From Leucoraja erinacea (lineage: Eukaryota): 64,000 nt of DNA. The stretch is from NCBI RefSeq assembly GCF_028641065.1, contig NC_073413.1, positions 7,750,001 to 7,814,000 of the forward strand. Direction: 5' to 3'. Both the position numbers and the translations under genes were made by a program. The notes below the pieces were generated by a model. The model searched no databases and was not told the DNA's origin. It was given only the letters and a program-made list of their open reading frames with translations. Below, in pieces: positions 63,625 to 64,000 of this stretch. The stretch's first letter is position 1, and every line of letters begins with the position of its first letter.

Positions 63625-64000
63625 GTAACCCAATGAAGGAGTAAAGAATGCTGCCAATACAGCTGCTCACTTAATAGCAAATTTTGAACTTTGAGATCCC
63701 ATAAATCAGACTTAAGAGTGGACATGTAACTGACTGCATAACTTGGAGCCGGCACCTTTTACCCAATACACCAACGAATCCATGGCACACCAGCACTACC
63801 GAAGCTTTTAAAGTATAACAAGTTATAATTTAGAGTCAATTTCTAAGTTTATCTTACAAAAGATAAATATTCTGCACATAGATTTAGGAGAAGGAATACA
63901 TAAAATGGTATACTCTCAAAACTGCAGTTTAAATTATCTTCCAAACAGTTTGAAGATGAGCTATAAACTCACTGCTCCTGGCATCAATATATAATTGAAT

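Overview
Vertebrate nuclear DNA, most likely a cartilaginous fish (skate/ray-like; inferred from V-SINE/HE1-type SINEs and the CR1/L2/Rex/Penelope repeat mix). Four genes lie on the minus strand. In transcription order: CCDC134 (6 coding exons, 229 aa), SREBF2 (19 coding exons, with miR-33 in intron 16), an intronless PFN3-like profilin (137 aa), and the first four exons of NOL12, which runs off the window. Exon boundaries were derived by hand from GT/AG sites and phase. As written, SREBF2 has a 2-bp frameshift inside an expanded Gln-rich repeat in exon 2, probably an assembly error. Most interesting observations: a 50-bp satellite abutting the SREBF2 promoter in which every unit carries a miR-33 8-mer site and extended complementarity; PFN3 outside its mammalian gene neighbourhood; many Penelope terminal repeats with hammerhead-ribozyme-like cores; a TIR element carrying telomeric repeats; and a 4x PBX/PKNOX-motif minisatellite in the CCDC134 promoter. 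No bacterial-type systems (CRISPR etc.) are present.
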